The translations under genes were made by a program, and so were the position numbers. This document shows positions 45,095 through 56,086 of a stretch of DNA of 64,000 nucleotides, one piece after another. Position 1 is the stretch's first letter. Each line of letters opens with the position of its first letter. The notes below the pieces were generated by a model that made no database searches, was not told the origin of the DNA, and saw only the letters and a program-made list of their open reading frames with translations. The DNA lies in the NCBI GenBank assembly GCA_944325705.1, contig CALVBB010000001.1, positions 67,223 to 131,222 on the forward strand, in the 5' to 3' direction. The DNA is from Candidatus Gastranaerophilales bacterium (GTDB lineage: Bacteria; Cyanobacteriota; Vampirovibrionia; Gastranaerophilales; Gastranaerophilaceae).

Positions 45095-45805
45095 ATGGTT
45101 GACAAGGTTAAGGAACAGGCGTACATAAGTTACATGATGCAGAAGCTTCCGGATGTGAAGCAGGGGAAGGAGCACAAACTGCAAAAGGGCGACAGCCTCT
45201 GGGGGCTTGCTAAAAAAGAACTCAATAACCCTAAGGCTTCTAATCAGGAAATCAGCGAATACATGCTTCTTATCGCAAAACTCAATAATCTCGATACAAT
45301 AGATGAGATGAACAGTTTAAAAATTAATGACAAAATTAATCTGCCGGAACAGGCTTCGGCAAAATCTGCACTTTCATCTAGAACTAAGCCTGCGAAAACT
45401 CCTGCCGCAAAAAGGCAGCCTACAGATGCGGAAGAAAGTTTTGCAGATGTGAAAGATGCACTGTTTAATGATAAAACCATCCAAGTTGCAAAAGCATATC
45501 CGCGAGAATTAAATTTATTCCACGTATATCAGTATTATCATGATAAGGAAAGCGGCTACACAACAAATCGTCATCCGGTAGTATCTTTCAGGCTGGATAA
45601 GAACGGGAAGTTTGAAGATGCGTCATTTGAAGGAAAAAAGGATGTAAATTCATACGGATATGATTATAACATCGACAAAAACGGCGCGATTACACAGCGA
45701 AACAAATTTAGGGATAACGCGCGCGGCAGGGTTGATGCAGCAGATATGAATGAGGTTAAATCACGTCTGGAAGAATTATCAAAGCAGGCTGTTCTTTCTT
45801 ATTAA
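45095..45805 (+). CDS. LysM-domain protein
   Basis: 236 aa. HKLQKGDSLWGLAKKEL...INDKINLP is a LysM repeat. The C-terminal domain is unassigned. Confidence 0.6.
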   Translation: MVDKVKEQAYISYMMQKLPDVKQGKEHKLQKGDSLWGLAKKELNNPKASNQEISEYMLLIAKLNNLDTIDEMNSLKINDKINLPEQASAKSALSSRTKPAKTPAAKRQPTDAEESFADVKDALFNDKTIQVAKAYPRELNLFHVYQYYHDKESGYTTNRHPVVSFRLDKNGKFEDASFEGKKDVNSYGYDYNIDKNGAITQRNKFRDNARGRVDAADMNEVKSRLEELSKQAVLSY

Positions 45806-45846
45806 AATAAGCGCAAAAAAATATATTTACGGGTTTGTTATTCGGT

Positions 45847-46908
45847 ATGCAGATTTCTCCGTATAATAACAACCCCGCATTCAAAGGCTATGACGCAAGA
45901 CGCCTCAGGGCGCTTGCTATGACCAGCAACAGAGGAAATATCGCAAAAGAACTCAAAGAAATAGGCGACAGAAAAGGTTTTAAAGTCTGGCTTGCCAGAC
46001 ATGATGATCTGGTTGAGGATGGTTTTGAGAATGTTCTTGACCGGTATCCTTATACAACCTGCTGGGCTCAGGATATTGCAGGGGTTACACCTGACGGAAA
46101 GGTTTATTATCCGTGGCGGGCAGATGGTCTGGGGTGGCTTCTTTCAAATTTTAAAAAGTTTCAGGGTATTCTTGCTCAGAACCATGTTTCCGGAGGTAAC
46201 TATTTTATTGTTAAAAACGGGGCGAAAAACGATTTAATTGCCGGCAAAAATGCTGAATTACTGCTCGGGGTTGATAAATTGAAGTCAAGGTTCTGTGCGG
46301 AAAATGTCTGTATTATTCCGCAGATGGATTATCATATTGATTTAGGTATCAGGCCTTTGACTAACAAAAATGTTCTTGTCTGCGACGATGATTTAACGGT
46401 GGCAGAACTTGAAAAAGGCATAAAACGTACAGAAGATTTCAGAATTGTAAACGAAAACCTGAGAGTAATTCTGGCAAGATTTAAGGAGGCAGTCAGCAAA
46501 AATTTCCATGAAAAACCTTCTAAAACTGCAAAAGTCCTTTCTGACCACGGGTACAATCCGATTAGTGTGCCTGCAAGAATTTATGATGTAAAATTTAAAC
46601 CTTCTACAAAAAGTACAGGGCTTGTTTACAATTTGAATTATGTAAATGCCGTAGCTCTTGAAAACAACAAAAATGAGATTATTTATATTACAAATAAATC
46701 ACTGCTTGACAGGCAGTGTGGAATTACACCTGATACTGAACGCAGGACAGGATTCAGTTTTGAAAAAATGTTTAAAGACAGTTTAAAACCCTATGTAGAT
46801 GAAAACAATATATATTTTGTTTCCGGTGAAAATTATGAAATTGCAGATTATTTGACAAATTTTGACGGAGGCATACACTGTCTTTGCGCAGAAATACCTC
46901 AGCTCTGA
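45847..46908 (+). CDS. Guanidino-group-modifying enzyme superfamily protein (agmatine/peptidyl-arginine deiminase-like)
   Basis: WAQD, SGGNYF, DYHIDL and C-terminal GGIHCLC motifs appear in the canonical order. Confidence 0.6.
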   Translation: MQISPYNNNPAFKGYDARRLRALAMTSNRGNIAKELKEIGDRKGFKVWLARHDDLVEDGFENVLDRYPYTTCWAQDIAGVTPDGKVYYPWRADGLGWLLSNFKKFQGILAQNHVSGGNYFIVKNGAKNDLIAGKNAELLLGVDKLKSRFCAENVCIIPQMDYHIDLGIRPLTNKNVLVCDDDLTVAELEKGIKRTEDFRIVNENLRVILARFKEAVSKNFHEKPSKTAKVLSDHGYNPISVPARIYDVKFKPSTKSTGLVYNLNYVNAVALENNKNEIIYITNKSLLDRQCGITPDTERRTGFSFEKMFKDSLKPYVDENNIYFVSGENYEIADYLTNFDGGIHCLCAEIPQL

Positions 46909-48527
46909 TAAATCTGTTTCATCAAAGGCGGGATTGCAAGTTCGTCGGTAAAGATTTCTATATAACAGAGCTTATCCTCCACTGCAAGTTCAGCCTGACG
47001 GAGTGCGGCATCAAATTCTTTATTTGTTTTTGCCTGTGCAGTCCATATATTTCCGCCGAAATCTTCAGCGATTTTTGTGTAATTCCAGTCTGGGATATTG
47101 TTAAATTCCGCCTCTGGAGTTCCGGAAAGTACCCGTTCTATCGTGTAGCCGAAATTGTTCAGAACAATTATAACAGGTTTGATTTCATACCTGAGCATAG
47201 AGCTTAATGTCTGAAATGTAAGCTGATGTGCGCCTTCTCCGGTCAGTAAAATCATTCTTTTCTGCGGTTCTGCTAATTGCGCCCCGAATACGGCAGGTGC
47301 TGCCCATCCGATGGAAGCCCATAAAAGCTGTGAGTACCATATAGCATTTTCAGGCAAGTTTATACAAGGCATCATGTATGAAAATACGCCGGTATCTGTA
47401 AATATGCAGTCATCGGGGTTGAAAAATTCCTCCAGCCGCGAGGTTATGTATTCAAAGTCAAGCGGCTTTTCTTCATTAATAATTGAATGCGCAGGGCAGG
47501 ATTTATCTTTTATAAAATCAAGGTTTTGGGTTTTTATGTTTTGCGAAAGCTCATTCAGAAGCTCTTTCATCAGAATATTGTCATAGAGTTTTCCCTGAAT
47601 AATTGTATAGGTGCCCTGTATATTGATACCGTTATCGGGGGTGATTTGTATATCAAAATTAAGAGTATTAAAGTCGCTGAAGATTGTTCCCACACATATC
47701 GGGCAGTCTGAGTTGTTAACCTGATAATTTACATTCGGGTTTGCGTAATTTGCAAGATAGGTGCCGATGAAATTCTGACAGTTTTCATTAAGAAGCCCTT
47801 TCCCCATAAGAAGTGTTGTTGCAGGAAGCCCGCTTTTTGTCAGAAAGTCGTAAAATTCATTTTTGCTGTCATAGCGGACAATTAGAGAATCTCCTATAAC
47901 TATCGGGGATTGTGATTTTTCAATTAATTTAAGCGCATGTTCAACTGCTTTTTTTAATTTCTGTCTGTCACTCCGTACACTTTTAATTTCCGGAACTGCC
48001 TCTATTTCAATATCACAGACATCTTCCGGAATTGAAATATAGACAGGCTTTTTGTGTTTCCGGAAAAGATAAAGAAGCCGTTCAATTTCCTGTTTTGCAT
48101 TTTGTTCATTAAGTATTGCTGCACCCTGTGTGAAGCAGGAATATGCGTTAAAGCTTGCAAAATAATCTGGCGTACTGAAATTATGATGCAGAAGTGTATT
48201 ATTTTTTATATGTTTTGAGGATGGCATTCCGACTATATGAATTACCGGAACGCTTTCTGCCATAGCCCCTCCGATTGCGTTTATTGCAGAGAGTTCCCCC
48301 ACGTTGTATGTAGTAATCAGTGCTCCGTAGCCGTTCAGTCTTGCATAGCCGTCTGCTGCATATCCTGCGTTAAGTTCGTTTGTGCAGCCTACCCATTCGG
48401 TTTCCGGATTTTCAGTAACTGCATCTATTATCTTAAAACAGTAATCGCCCGGAAGTCCGAAAAAACGGCTTATGCCCAGGTTTGCAAGCTCCTGTATTAA
48501 AAAATCAACCACTTTAATCTTTGCCAT
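46899..48527 (-). CDS. Thiamine-diphosphate-dependent alpha-keto-acid (indolepyruvate/phenylpyruvate-type) decarboxylase
   Basis: 542 aa with a PDC/IpdC-like N-terminus (GLPGDY) and the GEGAHQLT ... NN.GYTIER TPP motif. Confidence 0.8.
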   Translation of the reverse strand: MAKIKVVDFLIQELANLGISRFFGLPGDYCFKIIDAVTENPETEWVGCTNELNAGYAADGYARLNGYGALITTYNVGELSAINAIGGAMAESVPVIHIVGMPSSKHIKNNTLLHHNFSTPDYFASFNAYSCFTQGAAILNEQNAKQEIERLLYLFRKHKKPVYISIPEDVCDIEIEAVPEIKSVRSDRQKLKKAVEHALKLIEKSQSPIVIGDSLIVRYDSKNEFYDFLTKSGLPATTLLMGKGLLNENCQNFIGTYLANYANPNVNYQVNNSDCPICVGTIFSDFNTLNFDIQITPDNGINIQGTYTIIQGKLYDNILMKELLNELSQNIKTQNLDFIKDKSCPAHSIINEEKPLDFEYITSRLEEFFNPDDCIFTDTGVFSYMMPCINLPENAIWYSQLLWASIGWAAPAVFGAQLAEPQKRMILLTGEGAHQLTFQTLSSMLRYEIKPVIIVLNNFGYTIERVLSGTPEAEFNNIPDWNYTKIAEDFGGNIWTAQAKTNKEFDAALRQAELAVEDKLCYIEIFTDELAIPPLMKQIYQS

Positions 48528-48616
48528 GTAATACTCCTTTTTGTTCAGTATTACATATTCTAATATCTTGAAAAATTTTTTGATATTAGAAAAGAGGTTA
48601 AATTTTTATAATAGTA

Positions 48617-48646
48617 GGGGCGCAGCCTGATTTCAGGCTGCGCCCC
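48617..48646. terminator. Perfect 13-bp GC-rich hairpin downstream of hsp20
   Basis: ggggcgcagcctg/caggctgcgcccc with a 4-nt loop. The U-tract is weak on the minus strand. Confidence 0.5.
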
Positions 48647-48676
48647 TTTCTATAGTTGAGATGTGAGATTTTAGAA

Positions 48677-49132
48677 TTACTTGACAGTTAATTTTTTAAT
48701 GCCTTCGGTTTCTGCTTTTACTTTTGGCGCAATGATAGAGAGAATACCGTGTTCAAGTTTAGCTTCTGTTTTTTCAACATCAATATCCATAGGGAAGTAT
48801 ACTGTTCTTGAGAAATCTCCGTACTTAAATTCGGATTTTCTGTAACCTTTAGTATCTTCTTCGTGTTCTTCTTCTTTTTTAGCGTTTATTGTCAGGTGGT
48901 TTTTGTCAATATCAATGTCAAGATCTTCTTTTTTAACTCCAGGGAGTTCAGCTTTTACGTAATATTCTTTATCTTTTTCTTTGATTTCTACAGGCATTGC
49001 AAATTTATCCATTTCTTCGGAGAAAATGTATTCAGGGAAGAAACTGTCAAAGTTACGGCTTAAAATAGAGCTGATTTCATCATTGACTGACTTAATAAAA
49101 CCATCCGGTGTTTTTTTTATTAGAAATTTCAT
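48677..49132 (-). CDS. Hsp20/alpha-crystallin small heat-shock protein
   Basis: 151 aa with PGVKKEDLDIDI ... FSRTV..P ... A.LEHGIL. Confidence 0.88.
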   Translation of the reverse strand: MKFLIKKTPDGFIKSVNDEISSILSRNFDSFFPEYIFSEEMDKFAMPVEIKEKDKEYYVKAELPGVKKEDLDIDIDKNHLTINAKKEEEHEEDTKGYRKSEFKYGDFSRTVYFPMDIDVEKTEAKLEHGILSIIAPKVKAETEGIKKLTVK

Positions 49133-49355
49133 AACCTACTCCTTTCGTTTCCATTTTCATTTCTTCTTACATTATTATTATTACTCTGTTTTTACACAAA
49201 CCTTTTATAATTAATCAATTTTTAACAATTCATAAAGTTTTGTAAAAAGTTTAATCCTCCTATTTTATAGCTTGCGGCATAATGACATTTGTATGTGAGT
49301 AAGCTCATTATAGGACGTAATTCGTATTCAGTTATCAGAAGATTAAAGAGGACAA

Positions 49356-51482
49356 ATGTTTAAAAGAAAAAAATATTATGCGGCCTTTGCCTGTCTGATT
49401 TTGATGCTGGCTGCAGTGCCGGTATTGGCGGAGAATTCTGACGCAGTACAGAGCAAATATCCTGATTATGCTTATCAGTATCTGGGGCGCGACAGGTTTG
49501 AAAACTTTAACAGAAAGATGTTTACATTTAATTCAAAGTTGAATAAATTTGTGATAAAGCCTGTTCATATTTTGTACGCATCTGTAATGCCGCAGTTCGG
49601 GATGGACAGGATAAAGTGTGCTTGTTCTAATATTGAATATCCGATAAGGCTTACAAGCTGTTTAATCCAGAGAGATTTTCCTGCCTCTGGGCGTGAAACC
49701 CTCAGATTTCTCACAAATTCCACAATAGGGTTAGGTGGTTTGTTTGACCCTGCAAAGAGATTTTTCCATTTGGAGCCTGTTGCAGAGGATATGGAGCAGG
49801 CGCTTGCAAAATGTAAAATTAAAAGCGGGCCTTATCTTGTTGTGCCGATTATATCATCAACCACACCGCGCGGGCTTGCCGGAAAGGCTCTTGATGCGGC
49901 GCTTAATCCTTCATGTTATATTGCAACCCCGATAATTGCAATTATAAAAGCGGGGCTTACTTTGAATAAATCAACTGAGATTCAGCCGCTTGCAAAGACG
50001 CTTGAAACAACTTATGCAGATCCTTACGAGGTTGCTCGGAAACTCTACGGACTTGATAATTTTATAAAAAATTCAAACCTTGACAGAAAAGAGGTGCTAG
50101 ACACACAGATTAACCTTTTTGACGGTGAAGAACTTGTTGAAAATAATGAGGACAATGAGGTTAACGTGACAGCGCTGGCGCCGGAAGAAGAAGCGGAGCC
50201 TGTTGATAAAATTGCGCTTAACGATATTTTAAAGGGCGGTGCTAATATGGATGATATTATACTGAAAAGCTATGATAACAAAAACTCAAAACTTCTTGCT
50301 GATATGATACTTTTTGATTACAACCCGCAAGGGCCTGTGATTGATGCTATGAGGACAGCGCTTTTTGATCTTCCGGAGATTAACGATTCTATATGGAATG
50401 AACTTTCTGTGTGGAACAGGTGTTTCAGCAAGAAAATTAAAACAGCTGCTGTTTCGATTGCTCCGGAGCGTGCAGACTACCGTTTCCGTTATATTATGCA
50501 GAAAGACAAAAATGCTCCTGTGGCGATTATTTATCCCTCAATCGGCGAGGGGATTATGTCTTATCATTCTGTTGTGCTGGCAAAACTTTTTTATGATGAA
50601 GGGTATTCTGTTATAATTCAGGGAAGCCACTTCCACTGGGAGTTTGTGAACAGTATGCCGGAAAATTATGCCCCGGGAATTCCATCCTATGATGCGGATT
50701 ACCTGAAAACCGTGACTGCAAAAATTATTGATAAGCTTCAGGCAAAATACGATTGCACATTCAGGGGAAAAGTGCTTATAGGTACATCTTTCGGTGCAAT
50801 GGAAACACTCTTTCTTGCCGCTAAAGAAGCCAAGAATAACACCCTCGGTATCGACAAATTTATCTCCATAAACCCTCCGGTGGAACTTATTTATGCGATG
50901 AAACAAATAGATAAAAACAGCGAAGAATGGAATAAAAGTCCGGAAAACTTTAATAATAATACAGCGGTTACTGCTGCCAAAGTTATGAGAATTTATAAAA
51001 TAAAGGCAGAAGATCCAGATAGGGAAATTAATGAACTGCCGTTTTCTGAGCGGGAAGCAAAACTTATTACAGGGTTTATTATGCACCAGAAACTTTCGGA
51101 TGTTATTTTTGCGATTGAACAAAAATCAAAAAGCAACAAGTGTTCGGATTTTTATCAAACAGTTAACAACACAAATTATCAGGACTATGCGGAAAAATAC
51201 CTTCTCTCCGGTGATTACAAAACCATTGAAGATCTTGAATATGATGCGAGTCTGCATTCAATTGCGGATTATCTTCAAAATAATGACAATTATAAAATCT
51301 ACCATGCGTTAGATGATTACCTTGCAGACCACAGCCAGCTTAAAAAGCTTAAACAGTATACAAAAGATAATTCCATGTATATGAGTAACGGTTCACACCT
51401 CGGGTTTTTGTACCGGAAAGAGTTTATTGATGATTTGAGAAAAGAAATTTCCTTAAGCCGTTCTGCCATTGCTTCAAAATAA
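49356..51482 (+). CDS. MlaA/VacJ-family lipoprotein domain fused to a C-terminal alpha/beta-hydrolase-like domain
   Basis: 708 aa. Has a signal peptide and FENFNRKMFTFNSKLNKFVIKPV...IEYPIRL (VacJ). The C-terminal half has the GTSFG nucleophile elbow and a late NGSHLGF. Confidence 0.65.
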   Translation: MFKRKKYYAAFACLILMLAAVPVLAENSDAVQSKYPDYAYQYLGRDRFENFNRKMFTFNSKLNKFVIKPVHILYASVMPQFGMDRIKCACSNIEYPIRLTSCLIQRDFPASGRETLRFLTNSTIGLGGLFDPAKRFFHLEPVAEDMEQALAKCKIKSGPYLVVPIISSTTPRGLAGKALDAALNPSCYIATPIIAIIKAGLTLNKSTEIQPLAKTLETTYADPYEVARKLYGLDNFIKNSNLDRKEVLDTQINLFDGEELVENNEDNEVNVTALAPEEEAEPVDKIALNDILKGGANMDDIILKSYDNKNSKLLADMILFDYNPQGPVIDAMRTALFDLPEINDSIWNELSVWNRCFSKKIKTAAVSIAPERADYRFRYIMQKDKNAPVAIIYPSIGEGIMSYHSVVLAKLFYDEGYSVIIQGSHFHWEFVNSMPENYAPGIPSYDADYLKTVTAKIIDKLQAKYDCTFRGKVLIGTSFGAMETLFLAAKEAKNNTLGIDKFISINPPVELIYAMKQIDKNSEEWNKSPENFNNNTAVTAAKVMRIYKIKAEDPDREINELPFSEREAKLITGFIMHQKLSDVIFAIEQKSKSNKCSDFYQTVNNTNYQDYAEKYLLSGDYKTIEDLEYDASLHSIADYLQNNDNYKIYHALDDYLADHSQLKKLKQYTKDNSMYMSNGSHLGFLYRKEFIDDLRKEISLSRSAIASK

Positions 51483-51653
51483 TATTGAGTTCTTTTTCTT
51501 GCAGGATTATTAATCTTTTTTACCAACTACTTTATATGATGGATGTGAGATAACCCAGATTTTTGTACCATATATAAAGGAAAAGTGTGCTATTGAGCAG
51601 CAGTGTGCACATGCGGCAGTGCAGAACTAACGATAATTAATATGGAGAAAAGT

Positions 51654-52805
51654 ATGAAACTAAGTTTGACAAGAAAACAGTTGGCAATAGTAGTTTTGCT
51701 GGTAATTATTGTTCCGATTATATATAATAAAGCATCAGGTTTTGTTGCTGCAATTATTCAGCGTCAGGCAATGATGATGCCAAAAGAAGTTGAGGTTGAC
51801 AATCCTCATATTGAAGCTGTTAATGTTTCTGCAGAGGCCACTGGCAGGGTTGAGGCAAAATATTCTGTTGATCTTGTTGCAAGGGTTCCGGGATTTTTGC
51901 TGAAAAAATATTTTAAAGAAGGTGATTTTGTCAAAAAAGGACAGACCCTTTTCCAGATAGATCCGCGTGAATACCAGATTGAGGTTAACAATTCAGCGGC
52001 AAACGTGAACCAGTACAGCGCACTTCTCAAAAACGCACAGCAGGAATTAAACAGAGCCAATGCGTTGATTAAGGAAGATTTAATCAGCCGTTCAGATGTT
52101 GATTCAAGCCTTGCTGCCAGAAACCAGAACAAGGCGCTTCTTGATGCGGCACGCCAGCAGCTTGAACTTGCAAAGGTAAATCTCAGCTACACAACTATTA
52201 AATCCCCGATTGACGGAAGAATTGGTAAGGTTAATATTACCGAAGGAAACTACGTCACTGCAACCTCGGGTTCGCTTGTTAACATTTCAAGCGTTAACCC
52301 TGTTTATGTTACTTTCAGTGTGAAAAATGATGACTTTGTTAATCTCTTGAAAGCAAGCAACCATCTGAAAGATGTTAAAGTTGAAGTCCAGTTTGACGGC
52401 GGAAACTGGTACGACAAAACAGGTACAATTAACTTTGTTGATAATAAAATCGATAAGGATTCCGGCTCTGTATATATGAGAGCTACTTTTGACAACTCGA
52501 AGATGTGGCTCGTTCCGGGCGCTTATATGAAAGTTAAACTCACAGCCCCGAAACTCGTCAAGTTTATCACTGTTCCGCAGGCCTGCACAAAAGGCGATGC
52601 AATGAGCGGATATTACGTCTGGGCTGTCGAAGATAACAAAGCTGTAAGAAAAAATATTAAAGTAAGCGAAAATATTAATAATAACTGGGTTGTAAACTCC
52701 GGACTTAATCTTTCTGATGTGGTTGTAGTGTCCGGTATCCAGAATATTGCCTCGGAAGGTCAGAAATTAAAAATTGTTGAAAAAAAAGATAAAGCAGATA
52801 AGTAA
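51654..52805 (+). CDS. RND efflux periplasmic adaptor (membrane fusion protein)
   Basis: The ATG at 51654 has a GGAG RBS. HlyD/AcrA-like coiled-coil and barrel motifs ([13 protein letters not shown]). Confidence 0.85.
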   Translation: MKLSLTRKQLAIVVLLVIIVPIIYNKASGFVAAIIQRQAMMMPKEVEVDNPHIEAVNVSAEATGRVEAKYSVDLVARVPGFLLKKYFKEGDFVKKGQTLFQIDPREYQIEVNNSAANVNQYSALLKNAQQELNRANALIKEDLISRSDVDSSLAARNQNKALLDAARQQLELAKVNLSYTTIKSPIDGRIGKVNITEGNYVTATSGSLVNISSVNPVYVTFSVKNDDFVNLLKASNHLKDVKVEVQFDGGNWYDKTGTINFVDNKIDKDSGSVYMRATFDNSKMWLVPGAYMKVKLTAPKLVKFITVPQACTKGDAMSGYYVWAVEDNKAVRKNIKVSENINNNWVVNSGLNLSDVVVVSGIQNIASEGQKLKIVEKKDKADK

Positions 52806-52822
52806 TAGCAGGGTTAAAATTC

Positions 52823-55800
52823 ATGAAAAGAATATTTGATAAAGACAAGTTATTTTTCTTTATAAGAAAACCGAGATTCGCGCTGGTAATATCACTTTGT
52901 ATCGTAATACTTGGTTTAATCTCTATTTTGAGCCTAAAGCAGGAGAGTTATCCAGATGTAACCCCGCCTCAGGTAAGGGTTTCTGCAAACTATCAGGGCG
53001 CGAGCGCCGAGGTTATTGAATCCACCGTTGCAACGATTCTCGAAAATAAGCTTAACGGTGTTGAAAATATGACCTATATGACGTCAACTTCAACTGACGG
53101 CAGCTATACTTTAACCCTCTACTTTAAAGTAGGTACGGATAAAAATATTAACCTTATGAACGTCCAGAACCTTATTCAGCGTGTTCAGTCACAACTTCCT
53201 GAGGATGTTCAAAGAACAGGTGTCACCGCAATCAGCCGTTCATCAGGCTCTGGTGCAATTATACTGACACTTTACCCTGAATCCGGCAACTGGACACAGT
53301 TAGACCTGACAAACTACGGTTCTATTTATATTAAAGACGAACTTAAACGTGTTGAAGGTGTTGCTGATGTAATGGTTTTCGGCGGCGGAAACTACTCTAT
53401 GAGAATCTGGCTTGACCCGCAGAAAATGGCGGGACTGAATATCTCGACAAGCGAAGTTGCAACAGCCATCAAAAACCAGAATACTCAGGTTGCAACCGGT
53501 GCCCTCGGACAGCTCCCGACAGATGAAAAACAGGCGCTCCAGATTACCCTGAAAACTCCGGGGCGTTTATCAGATGTTAAAGAGTTTGAAAATATAATTA
53601 TCCGCTCAAATATGGATGGCACCAATGTCAAAATTAAAGATATTGCACGTGTTGAGCTCGGTGCAGAATCCTATTCAAACTTAGGTCTTGTTAACGGAAA
53701 ACCTTCTGCGGTTGTTGTAATTTCACAGCTTCCGGATGCAAATATAATTAACCTTTCAAAAGCTGTTAAAGCAAAGGTTAACGAGTTGAATTCCAGACTG
53801 ACCAACGGTATTAAAATCCTTTATGTAAAAGATGATGCAGACTTTATCCACGAATCAATGAAGGAAGTTGAATTTACGATACTTCTTACTGCATTAATCG
53901 TTGTTATAATTATTTACCTGTTCCTCGGTGACGGTATGGCGACTCTTGTTCCGTGCGTTACAATTCCGGTATCATTAATCGGTACGTTTTTCGCGCTGAA
54001 AGCTATGGGGATGACGATTAACCTTCTGTCGTTGTTTGCGCTTGTACTTGCCGTTGGTGTTGTTGTTGATGACGCGATTGTTGTTATCGAAAACGTAAAC
54101 CGTCACATTGAAGAAGGTAAATCCCCTATTATTGCAACCCAGCTTACTATGGAAGAGGTAGGCTTTGCGCTTGTTGCAATGGCACTGGTATTGATGGCGG
54201 TGTTTGTGCCTATTATATTTATGACAGGCATGACCGGCGTTATGTATAAGCAGTTTGCTGTATGTATTGCTGTTTCTATTGCAATTTCAGCAATCTGTGC
54301 ACTTACTCTTTCTCCTGCAATGTGTTCGCACTTTTTCGGGCATAAAAATCAGGAGCGCCACGATTATTCTAAATATCCGTGGATGGAAACAGTTGACCGT
54401 ATAAAAGAAAGAATCGGCAGACGCACATCTGTTCTCGTTGTTAGATTTAATGAGATGTTTGCAAAGCTTGAAGATTTTTACCTCGAGTATGTAACGAAAT
54501 TTGTTTATAATAAAAAACTTGTTGTAATATTTTATGCCGTAATACTTGCGTTGACATTGATTTCATTTAAGACAATATCAACCGGCTTTATTCCGGATGA
54601 AGATCAGGGTGTATTGCTTGCCTCAATTACTTTGCCTGACGGTGCGTCGCTTTCAAGGACAGAAGAGGTTTCAAGACGTTTCACAGAGCAGATTAAAGAT
54701 ATTCCTGGCGTTAATCCTGAAAAGTTAACAGTATTCGGCGGAGACGGCGCGACAAACCAGTCAACCGTAATTATTCAGCTTAAGGATTACGCAGAAAGAA
54801 AGATGAATCCTGTAAAATGGGTTGTATATAAATTACAGGGCAAACCTACCGACCTTTCTCATGTTGCAATTTTGAATAAGGTCAGAGCGGTTGCTGCAAA
54901 CACAAAAGAAGCCTCAATTATGGCGTTTTCACCTCCGGCAATTAACGGTATGAGTATGATGGGCGGTTTTGAGTTCCAGATGCTCTCTCAGGGCGAATAC
55001 ACCGCTCAGGAACTTGAAACCTGGGCAAACAAACTCGTTGCCGCTGCAAATCAGAACCCGTCTTTATCAAGCGTATATACTTCATTTCAGGCAAACGTTC
55101 CTCAATATATCGTTGATATTGACTATGAAAAGGCGCTTGCGCAGAACATTGATTTGCAGGAACTTTATACAACTCTTTCTTCAATGCTCGGTACAAATTA
55201 CGTAAACGATTTTAACAAATATGACCGTGTATTCAAGGTTCAAATGCAGGCTGAAAGCGACTTTAGAAACAAGGCCTCCGATCTTTCCGGCATATATGTT
55301 AAAAACAAAAACGGTGTAATGGTTCCTATACTTTCTGTTGTAAAACTCAAACAGACAGTGGGTACAGCCTCAATATCAAGGTACAACCAGTACAAATCCG
55401 TGCAAATTCAGGGTCAGCAGGCAGCCGGCAAGAGTTCCGGAGATGCGATGACAGCTATGGAAGAAGTCGCAAAAAGCGTACTTCCGTCTGATATAACATA
55501 CGACTGGTCAGGTACATCAGCACAGGAAAGGGAAGCTTCCGGGCAGACTGCTATGATAGTAGGTATGGCGCTTATATTTGTATATTTGTTCCTTGTAGCA
55601 TTGTACGAAAGCTATACTATTCCGATTGCTGTACTGTTGATTTCGCCTATTGCGGCACTGGGTGCGTTAGTGTTCCAGATGATGATTAACCAGTCTTTCG
55701 ATATTTATTCTCAGGTAGGTATGATTACGTTAATCGGGCTTGCCGCAAAACAGTCAATCCTGATTGTTGAGTTCGCAAAAGAGGAACACGAAAAACACGG

Positions 55801-56086
55801 ACTTCCTGTAAAAGATGCTGCTATAAAAGCTGCAAAACTCAGGTTCAGGGCGATTATGATGACAGAGATGGCATTTATCTTAGGTGTAATGCCAATGTTA
55901 TTCGCAACCGGTGCAGGCGCAAACTCAAGAATTTCTGTAGGTTCTACAGTATTTGGCGGTATGATTGCTGCTGCAACTCTGGGTGCTGTTCTTACCCCTG
56001 CATTTTACGTAATAGTTCAGGAATTTGTTGATTTATTCCCGAAGAAAGAAATTACTGAAAAAGATTTGGAGATTTCAATAAAATGA
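52823..56086 (+). CDS. RND (AcrB/HAE1-type) efflux permease
   Basis: 1087 aa with the 12-TM architecture and [11 protein letters not shown] motif. Confidence 0.92.
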   Translation: MKRIFDKDKLFFFIRKPRFALVISLCIVILGLISILSLKQESYPDVTPPQVRVSANYQGASAEVIESTVATILENKLNGVENMTYMTSTSTDGSYTLTLYFKVGTDKNINLMNVQNLIQRVQSQLPEDVQRTGVTAISRSSGSGAIILTLYPESGNWTQLDLTNYGSIYIKDELKRVEGVADVMVFGGGNYSMRIWLDPQKMAGLNISTSEVATAIKNQNTQVATGALGQLPTDEKQALQITLKTPGRLSDVKEFENIIIRSNMDGTNVKIKDIARVELGAESYSNLGLVNGKPSAVVVISQLPDANIINLSKAVKAKVNELNSRLTNGIKILYVKDDADFIHESMKEVEFTILLTALIVVIIIYLFLGDGMATLVPCVTIPVSLIGTFFALKAMGMTINLLSLFALVLAVGVVVDDAIVVIENVNRHIEEGKSPIIATQLTMEEVGFALVAMALVLMAVFVPIIFMTGMTGVMYKQFAVCIAVSIAISAICALTLSPAMCSHFFGHKNQERHDYSKYPWMETVDRIKERIGRRTSVLVVRFNEMFAKLEDFYLEYVTKFVYNKKLVVIFYAVILALTLISFKTISTGFIPDEDQGVLLASITLPDGASLSRTEEVSRRFTEQIKDIPGVNPEKLTVFGGDGATNQSTVIIQLKDYAERKMNPVKWVVYKLQGKPTDLSHVAILNKVRAVAANTKEASIMAFSPPAINGMSMMGGFEFQMLSQGEYTAQELETWANKLVAAANQNPSLSSVYTSFQANVPQYIVDIDYEKALAQNIDLQELYTTLSSMLGTNYVNDFNKYDRVFKVQMQAESDFRNKASDLSGIYVKNKNGVMVPILSVVKLKQTVGTASISRYNQYKSVQIQGQQAAGKSSGDAMTAMEEVAKSVLPSDITYDWSGTSAQEREASGQTAMIVGMALIFVYLFLVALYESYTIPIAVLLISPIAALGALVFQMMINQSFDIYSQVGMITLIGLAAKQSILIVEFAKEEHEKHGLPVKDAAIKAAKLRFRAIMMTEMAFILGVMPMLFATGAGANSRISVGSTVFGGMIAAATLGAVLTPAFYVIVQEFVDLFPKKEITEKDLEISIK

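Noticed and set aside
51560-51653. A palindrome-containing stretch (gcagcagtgtgcacatgcggcagtgcag) upstream of the RND operon, considered as a TetR-type operator
   Set aside because: No regulator gene is adjacent, and the symmetry is limited to tgtgcaca plus a short direct repeat. That is too weak to call.
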